Source: a virus. Taken from it: DNA of 64,000 nt. Where the stretch lies: IMG/VR virus record IMGVR_UViG_3300044641_004856, positions 28,875 to 92,874 of that record; one strand, written 5' to 3'. Below are positions 61,731-64,000 of the stretch, piece by piece. The notes below the pieces were generated by a model. The model was not told the origin of the DNA. It saw only the letters and a list, made by a program, of their open reading frames with translations, and did not search any database. The stretch's first letter is position 1; the number at the start of each line of letters is the position of its first letter. Both the position numbers and the translations under genes were made by a program.

Positions 61731-63131
61731 TTAATTATCTGCACCCTTGTCAACGTTAGGAGTATTGATTGCAACTTCATACTCTTCTGCGATGTTGGTG
61801 CTGTAAGCCTCCAACAACAACTTAACGCTTGAACGCTCTTCTTCGTTGAAGTGATTAACAAAGCAACGAACAGCGAAGTCGAAGTTGTAATTGATTACGT
61901 GATACTGAAAGCCCTTAAGAAGTCTGAGACTGATTGGTGTCTCATACTCTCCACGAACAGACTCTGCACGCATTTGCGTTGCAAGTTCCAGTAACGACTT
62001 TGACTTAATGATTTTCTTTTCAATAGTCGAGTCGTATTCGTAAACTAATTGAGTTGTGAATCTATCTGCAAACGCCTCATTTAATTTACGAGTTCCGCGA
62101 TAACCTGCGTTGTATGCACCGATGATAAGAAGTTCATCATGACCTTGAATAACTTCATTGTCGTTGCCACGCAAAGTAATCTGTCGCAGATTATCAAGTG
62201 CATTGTGCATGTCAGCAGAGCAACCTTCTTTAATGAATGAAAGTTCATCAAGAAGAACAACACCACCGTATTTAAACGCGAGTGCTAACTCACCGTAAAC
62301 AAACTTAAGTGTGCCGTCTGCTTGCGGTTCAAGTTGTCCTTTGTAATCAGAAGGTTCACTTGCAAGGTTCATGCCGATTGCATAGAACGGTAAACCTTTT
62401 GAAGAAGCGAATGCTTTTGCGGAAGTTGTTTTACCAGTTCCAGCATGACCTTCTAACAATACGTTTTGTTTATTAATCAAAGCACGTTCGAAGATGTCAA
62501 ACTCTTTTATACCGTCGAATGTGCGTTGAATGTAGTTCGCAACTTCAGGGTCAGTTGGTGAAGGCACATACTTGTTTTTAATTTCAAGTGGAATGTCATC
62601 ACGAACAGCAACAGTTGCAACAGGAGCAACAGGAGCAGTTTTAATTGGTGCAGAAGCGATGTTGATTTGCTTGTAGTTTGTAGTTGCAGTTTTATCTGCA
62701 CGACCGTCACTACGAAACTTCACAAGCGAATTGATGTCAGTTGCTAAGCAAGTATCAACGTCTGCAACAACGTCACTTAGTAATTGACCAGTAAGTGTTT
62801 TATCGCGTAGTGCGAATTGTTTTGTTAACTTCTGAATCATGTTGAATGCAGAGTTATCAGTAAACACGTCCTTGATGTCAGTTGGTGTAAGTGGTGAAGA
62901 TAGAACAGAACCAACAACTAATTCATTACCAAACTTATTAGTAGTGAATGAATCGTAAGTTGAATCAGTCCATGCGTTTGATACACCACGACCGCCGTTA
63001 GTAACACGTGTCCAAACTTTTACACCGCGTTCGATGTCAGCAACAACTAGTTGTTGTCGAAGATAACCGAGTTCAGTTGTTTGCGATGTAACTAATACTG
63101 CATAACCAGTTGTGATTGTTGTTGTAGTCAT
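61731..63131 (-). CDS. MoxR/CbbQ-type AAA+ ATPase
   Basis: VLLEGHAGTGKT, VLLDEL, YNAGYRGTRKLNEAFADRF, ISLR. Confidence 0.9.
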   Translation of the reverse strand: MTTTTITTGYAVLVTSQTTELGYLRQQLVVADIERGVKVWTRVTNGGRGVSNAWTDSTYDSFTTNKFGNELVVGSVLSSPLTPTDIKDVFTDNSAFNMIQKLTKQFALRDKTLTGQLLSDVVADVDTCLATDINSLVKFRSDGRADKTATTNYKQINIASAPIKTAPVAPVATVAVRDDIPLEIKNKYVPSPTDPEVANYIQRTFDGIKEFDIFERALINKQNVLLEGHAGTGKTTSAKAFASSKGLPFYAIGMNLASEPSDYKGQLEPQADGTLKFVYGELALAFKYGGVVLLDELSFIKEGCSADMHNALDNLRQITLRGNDNEVIQGHDELLIIGAYNAGYRGTRKLNEAFADRFTTQLVYEYDSTIEKKIIKSKSLLELATQMRAESVRGEYETPISLRLLKGFQYHVINYNFDFAVRCFVNHFNEEERSSVKLLLEAYSTNIAEEYEVAINTPNVDKGADN

Positions 63132-63134
63132 TTA

Positions 63135-63308
63135 TTAGTTTGCCTCTCTGTAGTGATTGATTGCGATTTGTAGTTCAGTTACTGCCTCTTCTAAAAGAAG
63201 ATTGTTCAAACGTATTTTGCGAATTGAATTACGTTTTGTATAACTGCGTTCGATTAGTTCGTCAGCAGTTAGGTATTTATCTTTTGTATCTTTGTATGTC
63301 TTAGCCAT
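63135..63308 (-). CDS. Small hypothetical protein, first gene of the leftward operon (57 aa)
   Basis: Manual translation MAKTYKDTKDKYLTADELIERS...HYREAN; AAAGGGAAG upstream. Confidence 0.65.
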   Translation of the reverse strand: MAKTYKDTKDKYLTADELIERSYTKRNSIRKIRLNNLLLEEAVTELQIAINHYREAN

Positions 63309-63405
63309 GACTTCCCTTTCATAGTGTGTAGTTCGATTAACTACACAAGGCGTATGACTAACAACGTGAAGTAGTTAGTCACACACCTTGCGTATTTAAT
63401 TTTGG

Positions 63406-63433
63406 AATGTAAGTAGAATAAATAAGATTGCAA
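63406..63433 (-). promoter_or_regulatory. Candidate sigma-70-type early promoter
   Basis: Minus strand TTGCAA-N16-TACATT. Confidence 0.45.
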
Positions 63434-63914
63434 GTAACCGTTTGAGTTTGTCGCACTAGGCGTAGTTACTAATTATTTATTGTGCAGATTAAGTGCACAC
63501 TTAAAGTCGTTAGCAATAGTTGCGATGTTGTAGAACCAACTATGTAAAAGTTTTGCTGTATGAATTATTTACTGAATCTAAAGAAGTTCGTTTGATTATG
63601 TAATCACGTAACTTGATTGATTGATTGTAAAAAAATAAATAATTACTTTTACTCTCTCACCACGACTAAGACCCTCGGGCTAACGACTTGACGTAATTAT
63701 TGCATGAGGGGTAGCCCACCTGCAAATCGGGGTAAAAGCGGTGTGTCCTGAGCGTAAACGCCAGCCCTCCCCATAGGTATTACTCCCCCTTGGCGAATAA
63801 ATTGTTAAAAAATTACGGGGCAACCAGAATGTTATTAATCGTATTAATTGTTAAAGAAGAATAGATAAATAAAGTAAACAAGTATTACTCCTGCTTGACG
63901 ATTATTTTGTAAAG

Positions 63915-63942
63915 AATGTAAGTAGTTATTAATACACGTCAA
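63915..63942 (-). promoter_or_regulatory. Candidate sigma-70-type early promoter
   Basis: Minus strand TTGACG-N16-TACATT; shares the 12-mer CTACTTACATTC with the 63406 site. Confidence 0.5.
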
Positions 63943-64000
63943 GTAATACTGCTACACACTCGGTTGCTCGGCAGGGACTATTTCGTGCGTCAATTTTAAA

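Noticed and set aside
63700-63800. tRNA in the GC-rich island
   Set aside because: No cloverleaf, T-loop GTTCRA or acceptor stem found; no tRNA gene was recognised anywhere in the window.

Overview
The window is most of the genome of a tailed dsDNA phage with a contractile tail (myovirus morphotype). It is AT-rich, roughly 40% GC by eye. A WhiB gene, an FmdB-type zinc ribbon and leaderless TANNNT-N6-ATG starts point to a low-GC actinobacterial host, possibly a freshwater acI-like lineage (inference). Layout: 1-20.9 kb (+) late/structural block (GT2-TPR glycosyltransferase, Lys-rich microproteins, tail terminator, sheath, tube, chaperone, tape measure, baseplate, fibre module, holin-like gene). 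21-36.5 kb (+) replication and recombination (HTH initiator, DnaC-like loader, DnaB helicase, primase, SNF2 helicase, SSB, family A polymerase, RecA, two resolvases, Cas4-like nuclease, WhiB). 36.6-49.3 kb (+) accessory block (SpoVS, metallophosphoesterase, glycosylase-like protein, nucleotidyltransferase, HAD-like and TGT-like proteins, class II RNR). 49.3-63.3 kb (-) probable early operon (MoxR-type AAA+, vWA, many small acidic genes, excisionase-like HTH, tyrosine integrase, lytic transglycosylase), followed by a non-coding promoter region. No terminase large subunit, portal or major capsid gene was recognised; they probably lie outside the window. Strongest unexplained signals: (1) a tail-module protein with 26 cysteines in mirror-symmetric register, suggesting a long disulfide-laddered hairpin; (2) an intergenic double hairpin whose two loops are antisense to the ribosome-binding sites of the first early genes; (3) a nucleotidyltransferase/HAD/degenerate-TGT cassette; (4) a strand-oriented CCGCAACAAAA motif repeated through the early region; (5) MraZ-box-like GTGG repeats upstream of the RNR; (6) a candidate +1 frameshift in the tail chaperone gene. 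All product calls come from motif recognition by eye; no database searches were run.
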